Origin: an uncultured Acidobacteriota bacterium
Lineage (GTDB): Bacteria; Acidobacteriota; JAQAZP01
Direction: 5' to 3'
Assembly: GCA_963836075.1 (NCBI GenBank)
Contig: CAWIIB010000009.1
Location: 256,001-320,000 of the forward strand
Length of the DNA stretch: 64,000 nt
The notes beneath the pieces were generated by a model. That model saw only the letters and a program-made list of their open reading frames with translations. It ran no database searches and was not told the DNA's origin. Positions 10,508 to 20,962 of the stretch are shown here, piece by piece. A program made the translations under genes and the position numbers. Every line of letters starts with the position of its first letter. Position 1 is the stretch's first letter.

Positions 10508-12199
10508 CTATGGCGCGTAAGCCTCCACCGTCGCCACGCTGCTGCAGGTGTCGCCGGCCGCCGGGTAGGGCGGCTGGTTGAACGGCGCCGGGGTCACGTC
10601 TTCGGCCACCAGGGTGAAGGTGTTGACCCCCACCAGCGTTACCAGGGCCGGCAGGCTCTGGAACCAGTTCCTGGTGAAGCTGTCTTCGGGCTGGATGTTG
10701 GTGTATCCGGCCCGCCACCCGGGGAATGTGTTCCCGTTGGCCAGCTCCACGTTGAGTTTCGCGGCCATCCGCCGGGTCTGATCGGTGTACAGATTGGTCA
10801 GGCTCACCGTCATACTGACGGTGAAGGGCAGGGTGCCGCTGGCCGGGTTGATCGTATAGTCACACCCCAGGGTGCCGCCGGCACAGAGCGTATCGCCGAG
10901 GGAGAGGTGCACCTCGTAGTTGTCGCTGGTGGTGCCGTTGAACTCGTTCCAGACCGCCACCCAGGTGCCGTCGGCCATGGTGGCCACGTCGGGCCGGTAG
11001 CCGTTCTCACCGTCGGGGAAGCTGATCAGTTCATCGGCGGTGGAACCGCTCCAGGTGGCGCCGCCGTCGGTGGACGTGGAGACCATGATCTCAGTGCTTC
11101 CCCCGCCGATGGGCTCCTCGTCCCAGACCACCGTGACGTTGCCGCACTGGTCGGCGGCGATCTTGGGGTAGAAGGCCGAGTTGTCGCCCGAGCCGGACTC
11201 GTAGCTGATCATCCGTTCGGTGGAGGCGCCGCTCCAGGTTACCCCGCCGTCGGTGGAGTGCGTGTGGTAGGCCTCGTAGTGGTAGGGGGACGCGGTCTCG
11301 TCCGAGGCGTACCAGACCAGGTGGATGTAGTCGTTGGAATCGATGCAGAGCCGCGGCAGGGACGCGATGTTGAACAGCGTGCTCACCGGGGTCTCGGCAC
11401 TGGTGCCGCTCCAGGTTACCCCGCCGTCGGTGGACTTCGTCACATACATCTGGCTGCCCACTCCGGTTCCCAGGTACTTCTTGTAGGAGACCCACAGGGT
11501 GCCGCTGGAATCGACGTCGATGTCGGCGTTGGCGTTGCTGAAACTGTCGCCAAGCCAGGAGATCACCTGGTCGCCGCCGGTGACCGCGCTCCAGGTGGCG
11601 CCGCCGTCGGTGGAGCGGGTGTAGTGGATCTTGGCCGTGGCAGTGGTGGCCTCGGTCTTGTTGTAGACCACGTGGATCGTGTCGTCGAGGTCGGCGATGA
11701 CCGCCGGGTAGTTGCTGGTGGCGTCCTGCAGCGGGTCGCTGATCACCACGTCGGCCGCGGTGCCGCTCCAGCTGGCCCCGCCGTCGGTGGAATAGCTGAG
11801 CATGATCTCGTTCATGCCCGAGGGCTCGGGCTCGTCCTCGCTCCAGACCACGAAGAGGTTGCCCGCGCTGTCGATGGCGATGTCGGAAGTGTCGAAAACG
11901 CCTTCACCGTCGTTGAAGCTGATCAGCGTGTCCGAACTGCTGCAGCTCCAGGTGGCGCCGCCGTCGGTGGAATAACCGTAGTGGATCTCGTCGTAAAAGG
12001 GGTCGTCCTCGGACCAGACCACGTGGATCACGCCGCTGCCGTCCACGGCCAGCCGGACGTAGCTGGCGTATTCGTTGTCGTCGAAGCTGATCTGCTGGTC
12101 GGCGACGGTGCCGGTCCAGGCGGCCTGGGCCGCCGGGGCGGAGACGAGGACGGCCAGGGTCACGGCCGCCAGGAGAGAGAGAAGACGGGTGGTGCGCAT
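10508..12199 (-). CDS. Secreted BNR/Asp-box (sialidase-like beta-propeller) protein
   Basis: Signal peptide MRTTRLLSLLAAVTLAVLVSAPAAQA, six STDGG(A/V)(T/S)WS Asp-boxes, AAGGAG RBS. Confidence 0.85.
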   Translation of the reverse strand: MRTTRLLSLLAAVTLAVLVSAPAAQAAWTGTVADQQISFDDNEYASYVRLAVDGSGVIHVVWSEDDPFYDEIHYGYSTDGGATWSCSSSDTLISFNDGEGVFDTSDIAIDSAGNLFVVWSEDEPEPSGMNEIMLSYSTDGGASWSGTAADVVISDPLQDATSNYPAVIADLDDTIHVVYNKTEATTATAKIHYTRSTDGGATWSAVTGGDQVISWLGDSFSNANADIDVDSSGTLWVSYKKYLGTGVGSQMYVTKSTDGGVTWSGTSAETPVSTLFNIASLPRLCIDSNDYIHLVWYASDETASPYHYEAYHTHSTDGGVTWSGASTERMISYESGSGDNSAFYPKIAADQCGNVTVVWDEEPIGGGSTEIMVSTSTDGGATWSGSTADELISFPDGENGYRPDVATMADGTWVAVWNEFNGTTSDNYEVHLSLGDTLCAGGTLGCDYTINPASGTLPFTVSMTVSLTNLYTDQTRRMAAKLNVELANGNTFPGWRAGYTNIQPEDSFTRNWFQSLPALVTLVGVNTFTLVAEDVTPAPFNQPPYPAAGDTCSSVATVEAYAP

Positions 12200-12405
12200 T
12201 GATGATCTCCTTATGCTGTTTCGTATCTGAAGGGTGTGAGAACAACCTGGTGCAGGTAATTCCTGTATAGATAAACATAGTTCCATCGGAGCAGGCCGTC
12301 AACGAAATATTCGCTTTTCAGACAACTATTCATTGCCTTTTCACCTCGATTCATGGACTATTTCCTTGTACGGTACAGATCAAACCTCAACAGGAGGTGC
12401 TCCCC

Positions 12406-14922
12406 ATGACAAATTCACCGAAATCGACGGTCAGGCCCCGGCTCCCCTTCCCGCTGCTTCTGGCCATGGCCGTGACGATCCTGTTGGCCCTGCCGGCGGC
12501 CGCCGGAACGACACCGGCGGCGAAACAGCTCACCGTCTTCGAAACCATCGACCAAATGGAAGCCAGCGGCGAGATCGAGTGGGACCGGGCGCTGCTCTAC
12601 CGCTGCCAGGCCTACAAGCAGCGGGACAAGCTGCCGCCGGAGCTGGCCGGACTCCCCTACCCCGAAACGTTCGTCTGCCCGCTGGAACTCTTCATCAGAG
12701 CTCGGAAGGAGATGGACCGCTGCAGCCCGGAGATCAGGACACAACTGATGGACCTCCGCTCCCGGCCCGACTCCATCGGATTCGTTCAGTCATCCATCGC
12801 CCCCCTGCGGGTCCACTACGAAACAACCGAACAGATCCCGCTGGCCGAGGAGTTTCTCGGTCATGCCGAGCAGTTTTACCGCTACTTCGTCGACGTGGCC
12901 GGTTTCTACGACACCCCACCCGACGACAACCGCGGCGGCAGCAACGACTACGACATCTACATCGACACTTACAGCTATGCCGGGATCTACCCCGAAGACG
13001 ACTGGGAGGACTCCTGGTGGTCGGACCTCCGTTCCTACACCTTCACCCAGCCCGACGGCCTCATAAACCTGATCTCCACCATCGGCCACGAGCTGAACCA
13101 CGCCCACCAGCTGGCGATGAACTGGGGCTCGGCCACCTGCTTCTTCGAGGCCACCGCCACGATCATGGAGGACTACGCCTACCCCGAGGGGGACTGGATC
13201 AACGACATGCTGCCCCCGTTTATCCAGGGCCGGCCCTACAAGCCCATCGACTGGCACGAGGGCGGGGGCCAGCCCTACCAGTACGCCGCCTTCATTTTTC
13301 CCAAGTTCCTCGTCGAGTATTACAACAACAACGAGATCCCCATGGTGGGCGAGATCTGGCAGGAAATGGTCCAGGAGGGGATATGGGGCGAGCCGGACCA
13401 TCTCGATGCCATCGAGACGGTGATCGCCAGGTACGGGCCGGAGACCTTCGACGAGATGTTCCGCATTTTCACTAACTGGCGCTGGTTCACCGGTGAGCAC
13501 AACGACGGCCAGCACTACGACGAAGCCGACGAATACGTCTCCATCACCCTGGAGGCCGATTACAGCGCCGGGGCTTTCCCGCTCAACGGCGCGGCGGTGG
13601 CCGAGCCGCCGGCCGAGTACGGCAGCAGCTTTGTGCGCTTCGAGGGCGGCGGGCCCGACACCTGCGCCCTGCACTTCGACGGCGATCCGGACAAGGCCTG
13701 GTCGGTGCAGCTGATGCTCTTCCCCGCCGGCGGCGGCGACCCGTCATACGAGATGCTGGAACTGGACGGGGAAGGATTCGGCAGTCATGTGATCAGCGGG
13801 TGGAACGCGATCGACAGCCTGGTGATGTCGACGATCAACCTCGGCGACGGCGACCACGACCCGGAGAGCTTCGACTGGGACCCGTCCCACTACCGCTATG
13901 CCGCGGTCAACGGCGGCCAGCAGGTGCCGAGCATCGTGGCCGGTCCCGGACCGGGGCCCGCCAATCCGGCGCTGGTCCGCGGTTTTCACTCGAACGGGCA
14001 GCCGAACCCCTACGGCGAGTTCACCGCCTACCCCGACCAGTTCTACGGCACCAACCTCGCCTGCGGCGACCCGGACGGCGACGGCGTTGACGAGATCCTC
14101 ACCGGCGGCGGGCCGGGACCGGACATACTTCCGGAGGTGAAACTCTTCGAAGCCAATGGCGAAGAGTTCCCCATCTTTGCTTTCAGCGCCTACGGCACCC
14201 CGGGCTACGGGGTCAACGTGGCCTTCGCCGACCTGGACGGTGACGGCCGGGACGAGATCCTCACCGGGCCGGCATCCACCTACGGCCCCCACGTGCGAGC
14301 CTTCCGCTACCTCGGCGGCGGCCGGGTGGAGGCGATCAACGGGACTTCGTTCATGGCCTACGGCACCCCCCGCTACGGGGTCAACGTGGCCGGGGGCGAT
14401 GTCACCGGTGACGGCCATACGGAGATCGTTACCGGCCCGGGGCCCGGGCCGGCCTACGGCCCACAGGTGCGGGTCTTCGACGGCCAGGGGAACCCGATCT
14501 TCAACAGCTTTTTCGCTTACGGCACCCTGCGCTGGGGGGTAAATGTCTGCTGCGGTGATATCGACGGCGACGGCATGGATGAGATCGTCACCGGCGCCGG
14601 GCCGGGCGCGGTCTTCGGCCCCCACGTCCGCGCCTGGGAATTCGACGGCTCGTCGTCGTTCGTCCCGATCCCGGCGGTGAGCTACTTCGCCTACGGCACC
14701 CTGCGCTATGGCGTGAATGTAACCTGCGGGGACATCGACGACGACGGCATGGACGAGATCGTCACCGGGCCCGGTCCCTCTGCGCTCTTCGGCGCGCACA
14801 TCCGCGGCTGGAACTACGACGGGGACGTGCTCACCCCCATCCCCGACTGCAGCTTCTTCGCCTTCTCCCCGGCCGCACTGCGTCACGGCGCCAAGGTGGC
14901 GGTGGGCCGGTTCCGGGAATAA
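12406..14922 (+). CDS. Secreted zinc metalloprotease (HELNH) with C-terminal FG-GAP repeats
   Basis: Signal peptide, IGHELNHAHQ followed by FFEATA, and repeated GDxDGDGxDEIxTGxGPG motifs. Confidence 0.8.
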   Translation: MTNSPKSTVRPRLPFPLLLAMAVTILLALPAAAGTTPAAKQLTVFETIDQMEASGEIEWDRALLYRCQAYKQRDKLPPELAGLPYPETFVCPLELFIRARKEMDRCSPEIRTQLMDLRSRPDSIGFVQSSIAPLRVHYETTEQIPLAEEFLGHAEQFYRYFVDVAGFYDTPPDDNRGGSNDYDIYIDTYSYAGIYPEDDWEDSWWSDLRSYTFTQPDGLINLISTIGHELNHAHQLAMNWGSATCFFEATATIMEDYAYPEGDWINDMLPPFIQGRPYKPIDWHEGGGQPYQYAAFIFPKFLVEYYNNNEIPMVGEIWQEMVQEGIWGEPDHLDAIETVIARYGPETFDEMFRIFTNWRWFTGEHNDGQHYDEADEYVSITLEADYSAGAFPLNGAAVAEPPAEYGSSFVRFEGGGPDTCALHFDGDPDKAWSVQLMLFPAGGGDPSYEMLELDGEGFGSHVISGWNAIDSLVMSTINLGDGDHDPESFDWDPSHYRYAAVNGGQQVPSIVAGPGPGPANPALVRGFHSNGQPNPYGEFTAYPDQFYGTNLACGDPDGDGVDEILTGGGPGPDILPEVKLFEANGEEFPIFAFSAYGTPGYGVNVAFADLDGDGRDEILTGPASTYGPHVRAFRYLGGGRVEAINGTSFMAYGTPRYGVNVAGGDVTGDGHTEIVTGPGPGPAYGPQVRVFDGQGNPIFNSFFAYGTLRWGVNVCCGDIDGDGMDEIVTGAGPGAVFGPHVRAWEFDGSSSFVPIPAVSYFAYGTLRYGVNVTCGDIDDDGMDEIVTGPGPSALFGAHIRGWNYDGDVLTPIPDCSFFAFSPAALRHGAKVAVGRFRE

Positions 14923-15014
14923 AAACGCCGGGCGACAGGGCAAGACACCTGCCGCCCGGCTCACGCCTGCCCGCCACCCCCCAACAGGACACGGACAGGC
15001 TGGACAGGGTCGGA

Positions 15015-16071
15015 TCAGTCGCCGCCGGACCAGCTCTCAATGACGACGGGATTGGCAAAACTGCAGCCGAGCAGGCAGGTACTGATAGGCGGTGGCGGCC
15101 GCCGCGGCACACGCGGTGCCGAGAGGCGGGTTCCACACGGCGATCAGGGCGCAGATCGATGCGGCGTTGGCAAGCCAGTCATTGCAGCAGGACCGGCAGT
15201 TCTGGCCGGTCCAGGTTTCGTTCCAGCAGTCGTAGTAGTTGTCCCAACCCCATTCGTAACCGCCGCCCGACGGCTGGTTCGATTCCAGGGCCACGATTCC
15301 CAGCGAGAAGGATTCCATCTCGTTCCGCTCAGGCACCGGTGGCGCGGTATCGAAGACCCGCAGAATCGGGTAGTCGAACACAACGGCCAGATCCTGAAAG
15401 GTGAGCGCCCTGACCCAGGCGTTGTCGATCTCTGAAACCGGGGCGTAGGCCACCTGGCTCAGCAACTCCGCCGCATGGGGAGCGAACCGCGCACAGGTCT
15501 CCGAACGCATCCAGGCGAACTTGCGGGCAAAGCCGTATTCACGGTCTTCGCTGATCAGCAGCTGCTCGTCGAGCCAGGTGAAGAAGTGCATCATCCGGTC
15601 GGCGATTGTCTGCCCTGCCTTCTGCGAACCGAGGGGCACACCGTCGCGCCCATTGCCGTAGTAGCGCTGGTACTGCTCGAGGTAGCGCTGGAAGAAGTCG
15701 TCCACCTCCTCCCGCGACTGCAGGAAGTTGATGAAGCTGTATATCTCGCCGCCGGCATGGATGGTGACGTGGATTTCATCCTGCGCTTCGGTCCAGGCAT
15801 AGCTGGCCACAAGAAACTCGCTGTCACCGCTGTCCGTGGGAACCATCAGGTAGAAGCCGCGCAAGGTGTACGGGCCGCCCTGGCGGATGGCCCCGGCAAT
15901 GGTGGAGATCTGTTCGGTCTGATCAGGGTCGGCGAGAAGGTTCAGCTCGGTTTCATAGAGCAGCACCATGTCGGGGAGCACATCGTCGGCCAGTGCGGGC
16001 TGCACCGAGGCCGCCAGCAGCAGGGTGATGCAGAGCAGGGCCACGTTCTGTTTGAAGATGCGGATGTTCAT
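15015..16071 (-). CDS. Secreted protein with Cys-rich hydrophobic C-terminus (bacteriocin-precursor-like), probable 1-bp frameshift near 15080
   Basis: Signal peptide ending ALA. Tail CRSCCNDWLANAASICALIAVWNPPLGTACAAAAATAY. Removing one base gives CLLGCSFANPVVIESWSGGD*. Confidence 0.6.
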
Positions 16072-16101
16072 TGTTCGACTCCTTTACATGTTGTTCGGCT
16101 A

Positions 16102-16542
16102 TCAGAGAGTTTCGTTTTGTCTCACATGTTGAAGCGCCGGCCGAGTTCGTCCCTGCCGGCAGCCGGCCAGGCCGCGGACCAGCGGCGGCAGCGCCGCAGC
16201 GATGAGGAAGGCGCCCACGATCCAGCGGCTGGTCTGAAGCATGAGCGCCGCGGCCCCGCCCACCATGGCGAAGAGCGAGAGGACGGCGGCAATACCGTTC
16301 AGACCGGCACGGGGCCCCAGCGTGTGCTGCCGGAGCCGGCAGAGCGGCCGGGCGGAAGCGAAGGAGAACAGAATGACCAGCATCAGCAACGACAGTTCCT
16401 GCCAGCTGATGAACCGCGCCGGCCAGCGGGCGGACGCCTCCGGCACCAGCACCAGGGCGATGTATGTCGCGGCCAGGAGCGGCACCATGAAAAAGAGATA
16501 GTTCGCCCAATACTGCAGCCGCATGTTCGTCTGTCCGTTCAC
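16102..16542 (-). CDS. Small multi-pass membrane protein
   Basis: About four hydrophobic helices. GGAGGAGG RBS precedes the GTG at 16542. Lies directly upstream of the Cys-rich gene. Confidence 0.65.
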   Translation of the reverse strand: MNGQTNMRLQYWANYLFFMVPLLAATYIALVLVPEASARWPARFISWQELSLLMLVILFSFASARPLCRLRQHTLGPRAGLNGIAAVLSLFAMVGGAAALMLQTSRWIVGAFLIAAALPPLVRGLAGCRQGRTRPALQHVRQNETL

Positions 16543-16869
16543 TTCTGTTCCTCCTCCACTGTTGGGGTTTTGAACTGCCGGGTATCCCCGGAATGGCTTC
16601 AGCAACCTTGAGGGCCGACCCTGTCCACCTCCTTTCCCCGGCCCGGAAGTTTACGATTTAGTATTTCCGTTATGTTTCTTTGCAGAGGTCGTGCCAGGTG
16701 TTGTGCGGTAAGTTGGAGACTGGGCCTGGAGGTCAGCGGGGATACGTAGAATAGCCGACAGGATGTATTGGAGGTGCAGGGATTCGACGTGCCATCATGC
16801 CGGGTGGATCACCAGGCACGGACGTTTCCGGTTTCCGGTCTGTCACTCGGAGTTTCCGCTCGGCAGGAT

Positions 16870-17162
16870 TCACGGCTCACCGACACCCATGGTCTTGATG
16901 AAGATACTGCGCAGGTCTTCAAGGATCGGGAATCGGACGCGAGGGTGTAGTGCCTCTGGTTGCCGATGCGATGGGAACTGAGCAGACCGGCCTTGGCTAA
17001 ATTGGAAAGTTCGCGGGAGACCGTGGCCGAATAGTCGTCGAGCAGTGTGGCCAGGCCGGCAATGTGGAAGGATTGACCAGGATGGGAGAGGAGACAGTGC
17101 AGGATCTTGATCCGCAGGCGTGAAGCAAACAGGCGGCTCAACGTCTCCGGCACTGCCACCAT
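16870..17162 (-). CDS. ArsR-like winged-helix regulator (HTH half of the HTH-nucleotidyltransferase family), frameshift near 16930
   Basis: LFASRLRIKIL...VSRELSNLAKAGLL...GNQRHY. The shifted frame continues PILEDLRSIFIKTMG. Confidence 0.65.
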
Positions 17163-17183
17163 GGCCCCCTCCCTCGGCTAATA

Positions 17184-17219
17184 TAGCCTTATTAGCTATG
17201 ATCGTAGCCTTTTAAGCTA
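17184..17219. promoter_or_regulatory. Tandem operator, TAGC-N7-GCTA x2 with 21-bp period
   Basis: TAGCCTTATTAGCTA and TAGCCTTTTAAGCTA just upstream of the wHTH gene. Confidence 0.65.
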
Positions 17220-17321
17220 CATCCGTCAAGAGGGGGCTGGGGAGTGTGAGTGGCAAGAGGTACGAGGGTACGGGGACCGAGGGAAGGGGCGCCCGGCGAA
17301 TAAACCGGACGCCCCTCCTGG

Positions 17322-17996
17322 TTAGCGATAGGATTCGAGGAAGAGCGCGTTACGAGCAGGAGCGAAGGTCACCCGCCGCTGACGCAGCAGCTCGCCGCCG
17401 ACGAGGATGTCGGCGCCCATGGCCTGGAGGCCCAGGCCGAGCATCCCCGGCATGCCACCGAACTCGAGGTCCACCTGCTCACCGCCGATGTCAGCGGCCA
17501 GCCGGTGCACCGGCGTGTGGAACTCTCCCACAACCGGGTGGTAGTCGTCCCACTCCCCCACTTGGGGGCCGGTGGCCAGCAGCTCGCCGCCGATGTAACT
17601 GAGGGTGGAGCCGGTGTCCACGTATGCCCGCAGGCGCTTCCCGTCCACCTGCACCGGGACAAAGGGTGCGCCCTGGTAGAAGGCGGGGAGCAGCTCCACC
17701 GCCGAGCCCGCTGGTTGGGTGTCGCCCTCGTCAAAGGTGACCGTCATCCGCTGCGCGTCCACCGTGGTGGTGAACTGGTTGATGAAGTCGAGGCCCACCA
17801 GGCCGGCGGCCCAGGCGGGGAGAAAACGCTCGCCCACCATGGAGAGCAGGATGGCTGATGATCTCGCAGTTCGGTTGCAGAGCCGGACATCGGTGCCGAT
17901 GGTTGCCGGCGATCCGGTGTCCATGATGATGTTCCGGCCCTCGATGTCGCAGACCACGATTCCGTCCTTCCAGTGAAAGGGAATAGTCCATTTCAT
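17322..17996 (-). CDS. Double-domain retropepsin-like aspartyl protease
   Basis: Two DTGS motifs (IIMDTGSP, AYVDTGST), each followed by a GLVGLDF/ILVGGEL-type motif. GGAGG RBS. Confidence 0.8.
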   Translation of the reverse strand: MKWTIPFHWKDGIVVCDIEGRNIIMDTGSPATIGTDVRLCNRTARSSAILLSMVGERFLPAWAAGLVGLDFINQFTTTVDAQRMTVTFDEGDTQPAGSAVELLPAFYQGAPFVPVQVDGKRLRAYVDTGSTLSYIGGELLATGPQVGEWDDYHPVVGEFHTPVHRLAADIGGEQVDLEFGGMPGMLGLGLQAMGADILVGGELLRQRRVTFAPARNALFLESYR

Positions 17997-18388
17997 ATTG
18001 CACCTCCGATTCTGTTCAATGAATGCTGATTGCCAATGGCGGAGCGGGTTGCCGCCGACCCCGGAACAGCCTCTCGCGCGATCGCGAGGCTGGCGGCGTC
18101 CTGTCCGCTGACATGACCCACTGACGGCTCTGCCAGGCAAGTTTGTGACAGGACGAAATCAAATCACAACTTGTCAAGTTTGATCAAATTACCTGATGAC
18201 AACATGTTAACCAAGAAGCGTGAATCGGATACAATTAAACTGGATGTTGACATGGATGCCAACAACTTATATAAACATTAAAACCATTATTCTATAATGG
18301 TGTATTTTAACAATTCTAAACAATAAGTTGACAATCGCAGTGTATACTGCCTGCATAATTATCAAAATTGACTCATCAGGGGATCTAC

Positions 18389-18417
18389 TTGACATTGGTG
18401 AGATTCGTCGGTATATT
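18389..18417 (+). promoter_or_regulatory. Sigma70-type promoter
   Basis: TTGACA-N17-TATATT in an AT-rich intergenic region. Confidence 0.55.
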
Positions 18418-18543
18418 CATACACAGATCCGGATGGAAGAAACTGGCCGATCGGTTCGAGAAATCGGCCATGCACATGTGACGCAGGTAGCCAACGTCAG
18501 CCCTGAAGGCGACACGACGGCAGGCGGCAAAGGAGAATGAACG

Positions 18544-19313
18544 ATGGTCATCCTCAGAGAATTTGACGGGGAGCAGCCCGAAGGCTATACATTGCCGAGT
18601 TGGTTGAAGATTACGGGATTCACGGAGAGGCAGATCGCCATTACATCTCGCAGGGGATCGTAGACGGCGCCACTGGCATGGGGCGCAATGCGCGCTACGG
18701 GGAAAAGACCCTGCGCAGACTGAGGCTGATCCGCAAACTGAAGGACCAGAACGTGGAGCCCCTGGGCCGCCCGCTGACCCTGAGGGAGATGAAGAAGCAC
18801 TCTCGACTCGCTCGAAAGAGCCGCAGATCGACTATCTCCTCTCCGGGACGGCCCTGTTCAAACTGATCGACACTGAGGATGGGGATCGAATGCCAGCCCC
18901 GCTGAACGCTCATGATGAGTCGGACGCTCTCGACAATGAATTTGCAGAATATGAAGAAATGCGGTTGCGCCGGAAAGAACCCGGTCTTAATAGTTGTCAA
19001 CCCGAGCGCATCGGCAATCCATCACCGGTTCACGAACGAATCCACGCGTGAAATAAATACTGGATTCACGAGCTTGGTGACTTCGGCAAGCTCCTTCGGC
19101 GGCTGCATGAGATGCTGCAGGAGCTGCGCTGGCGGATGACGCACCCGCGCGATCCCCCCGGAGGGTGACACCTGGGTGCGGGTGAAGTCACCCGACGTCG
19201 AGGTGCACGTCAAGGCACCGCGAACCGCCACCGAAAGGGCGCGCATCCGAACCATTCAGCGCGCCGTGGAAATGCTGATCGAACAGACCCCTGGGCCGTA
19301 TAACCGGTATTGA
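18544..19313 (+). CDS. MerR-type HTH regulator, several frameshifts
   Basis: Pieces in different frames: ITGFTERQI / HYISQGIVDGATGMGRNARYGEKTLRRLRLIRKLK / DTWVRVKSPDVEVHV. Confidence 0.6.
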
Positions 19314-19358
19314 AAGACACGGAACCGACGGCCGCATGTTGAAACGAATAGAGGGGAG

Positions 19359-19985
19359 GTGATTCAAACGAGCGACAATACAAACGACAGAACTCTAATT
19401 CAGAATGTGATTGACCGCGTTGAGGGGGCCAGCGATCTCTTTGTTGAAAAGTTCTCAAAATTCGTTTACTCCATCCTGCACAGGAACCTTGGTATAAAGC
19501 CTGACGTGGCGGACGATCTGCACAACCTGGTCTTCCTTAAGCTGTTCGAAGATGATTGCCGGCGGCTGCGCAACTGGAGAAGAGAAGGGAACTTTGTCAA
19601 CTACTTGGGTACCGTAACGAGAAATCTGGCCAACGACCACTTTTCCAAACTGAAGGTGTGGAGCGAAGTGTCCTTCGAGCGGCGTGATGACGAGGACGAC
19701 ACCGCCTGGGTTATGGACCCGGTGAGCACGGATCCCAGCCCGGAGGAAGTGGCAGCGGCAGCCGAGCAGCGCCGTCTGCTCTACCAGGCGATGGACAAAC
19801 TCTCGAAACGGGACCAGGAAATCATCCGCCTGCGTCATCTCGAGGAGAAGTCCTACAAGCAGATTGCTGAAGAGATGGGTTACACGATAGGCTCGGTTGG
19901 CAGTATAATTTCACGGGTGGAGAAGCGACTGAAGAAAATTCTGGACGAGCTCCTCAGGGATGATGGTCTGGCGCCGGCAATTTAG
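19359..19985 (+). CDS. ECF RNA polymerase sigma-70 factor
   Basis: Region 2 (ADDLHNLVFLKL, FVNYLGTVTRNLANDH) and region 4 (LSKRDQEIIRLRHLEEKSYKQIAEEMG). Confidence 0.9.
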   Translation: MIQTSDNTNDRTLIQNVIDRVEGASDLFVEKFSKFVYSILHRNLGIKPDVADDLHNLVFLKLFEDDCRRLRNWRREGNFVNYLGTVTRNLANDHFSKLKVWSEVSFERRDDEDDTAWVMDPVSTDPSPEEVAAAAEQRRLLYQAMDKLSKRDQEIIRLRHLEEKSYKQIAEEMGYTIGSVGSIISRVEKRLKKILDELLRDDGLAPAI

Positions 19986-20036
19986 CCATCACCCTGTCAG
20001 AATCATCGCCCCCTGCGCGTCCTGTAACCGAGAACC

Positions 20037-20918
20037 ATGAAACACGCAGCACCAGAACAGATCGTCGCTTTCCGCGACGGAGAGAATCTCGATCCCGAAG
20101 TCGCGGGCCACATCAGGAGCTGTCCCCTCTGCCGACGGCAGCTGGGGGAGGCTAGGTGGATGAGAACGCACACCCTGAGCCACATCCTGAAACCGCACGG
20201 CCCGAAACCGACTCACGATGAAATTGCCGCGTACCTCGACGAGGCGCTGGACGAGCGAGAGATGGAGCGGGTCGAAACCCACATTCGGTCCAACGACCAC
20301 TTCCTCGCCGTCTTTGACAAGTTGCTGATATTGAGCATGAAGCTGGAAGCTCCGCTCCCCAGCAAGGAGAGTTTGGAGAAACTTAAGGTACAGTTGCGCG
20401 GCCCCAGGTTCCTCGGCCGGCTGCGGGTCTTTTTCACCGATCGTTTCAAGCAGGTGTTCCATCCGGCCCGGACCAGTGAACCGGCACACGCACGGGCCCT
20501 GAAGATGCTGGCTGAAACGGACAGCCCGCTGCCCTGCATGGATGCGACCGCATATTCCGAGGAAAAACTCTCGGTCTGCGAGGACCGCGCCCTTGCCCCT
20601 CCTCCTCCGCCACCCGGGGCCTCCAATCCGCGGCTGATCGACACCGGCCGCTGGCTGATTCGAGCAGTGACCAGTGGTAGAAAGGGTGAGGCAATCCTCG
20701 AACTGGTGATCGAAGATGCAAAATCAGGCCAGCCGGTGCCCATGATACCGGTACGGCTGGAACCGGGATGGGAAGACCCGGTTCACGCCCGGACCGACGA
20801 AAAGGGTTCTGTCCGCCTCCCCCTGCCCGATGGAGACTCCCGCCTGGAGATCGGTAAAGGACCACAGATGGTCCTTGATATCAACGCCGACCTTGAAGCA
20901 GAACAACACCAGAAATGA
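20037..20918 (+). CDS. Soluble zinc-finger anti-sigma factor-like protein
   Basis: HIRSCPLC (HxxxCxxC), a second degenerate repeat (HIRSNDHF), a beta-rich C-terminus and no TM helix. Adjacent to the ECF sigma gene. Confidence 0.65.
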   Translation: MKHAAPEQIVAFRDGENLDPEVAGHIRSCPLCRRQLGEARWMRTHTLSHILKPHGPKPTHDEIAAYLDEALDEREMERVETHIRSNDHFLAVFDKLLILSMKLEAPLPSKESLEKLKVQLRGPRFLGRLRVFFTDRFKQVFHPARTSEPAHARALKMLAETDSPLPCMDATAYSEEKLSVCEDRALAPPPPPPGASNPRLIDTGRWLIRAVTSGRKGEAILELVIEDAKSGQPVPMIPVRLEPGWEDPVHARTDEKGSVRLPLPDGDSRLEIGKGPQMVLDINADLEAEQHQK

Positions 20919-20924
20919 TGTTTT

Positions 20925-20960
20925 GCGTTGATATACTACGCGATTGCGTGTTATAAACGC
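20925..20960. promoter_or_regulatory. Tandem operator, GCGT...ACGC x2
   Basis: GCGTTGATATACTACGC and GCGTGTTATAAACGC immediately before the ATG at 20963. Confidence 0.55.
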
Positions 20961-20962
20961 GC

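Noticed and set aside
6947-14964. Long antisense and alternate-frame ORFs (e.g. 6947-8632, 10502-12202, 13744-14964)
   Set aside because: Shadow ORFs typical of high-GC coding DNA, with no motifs.
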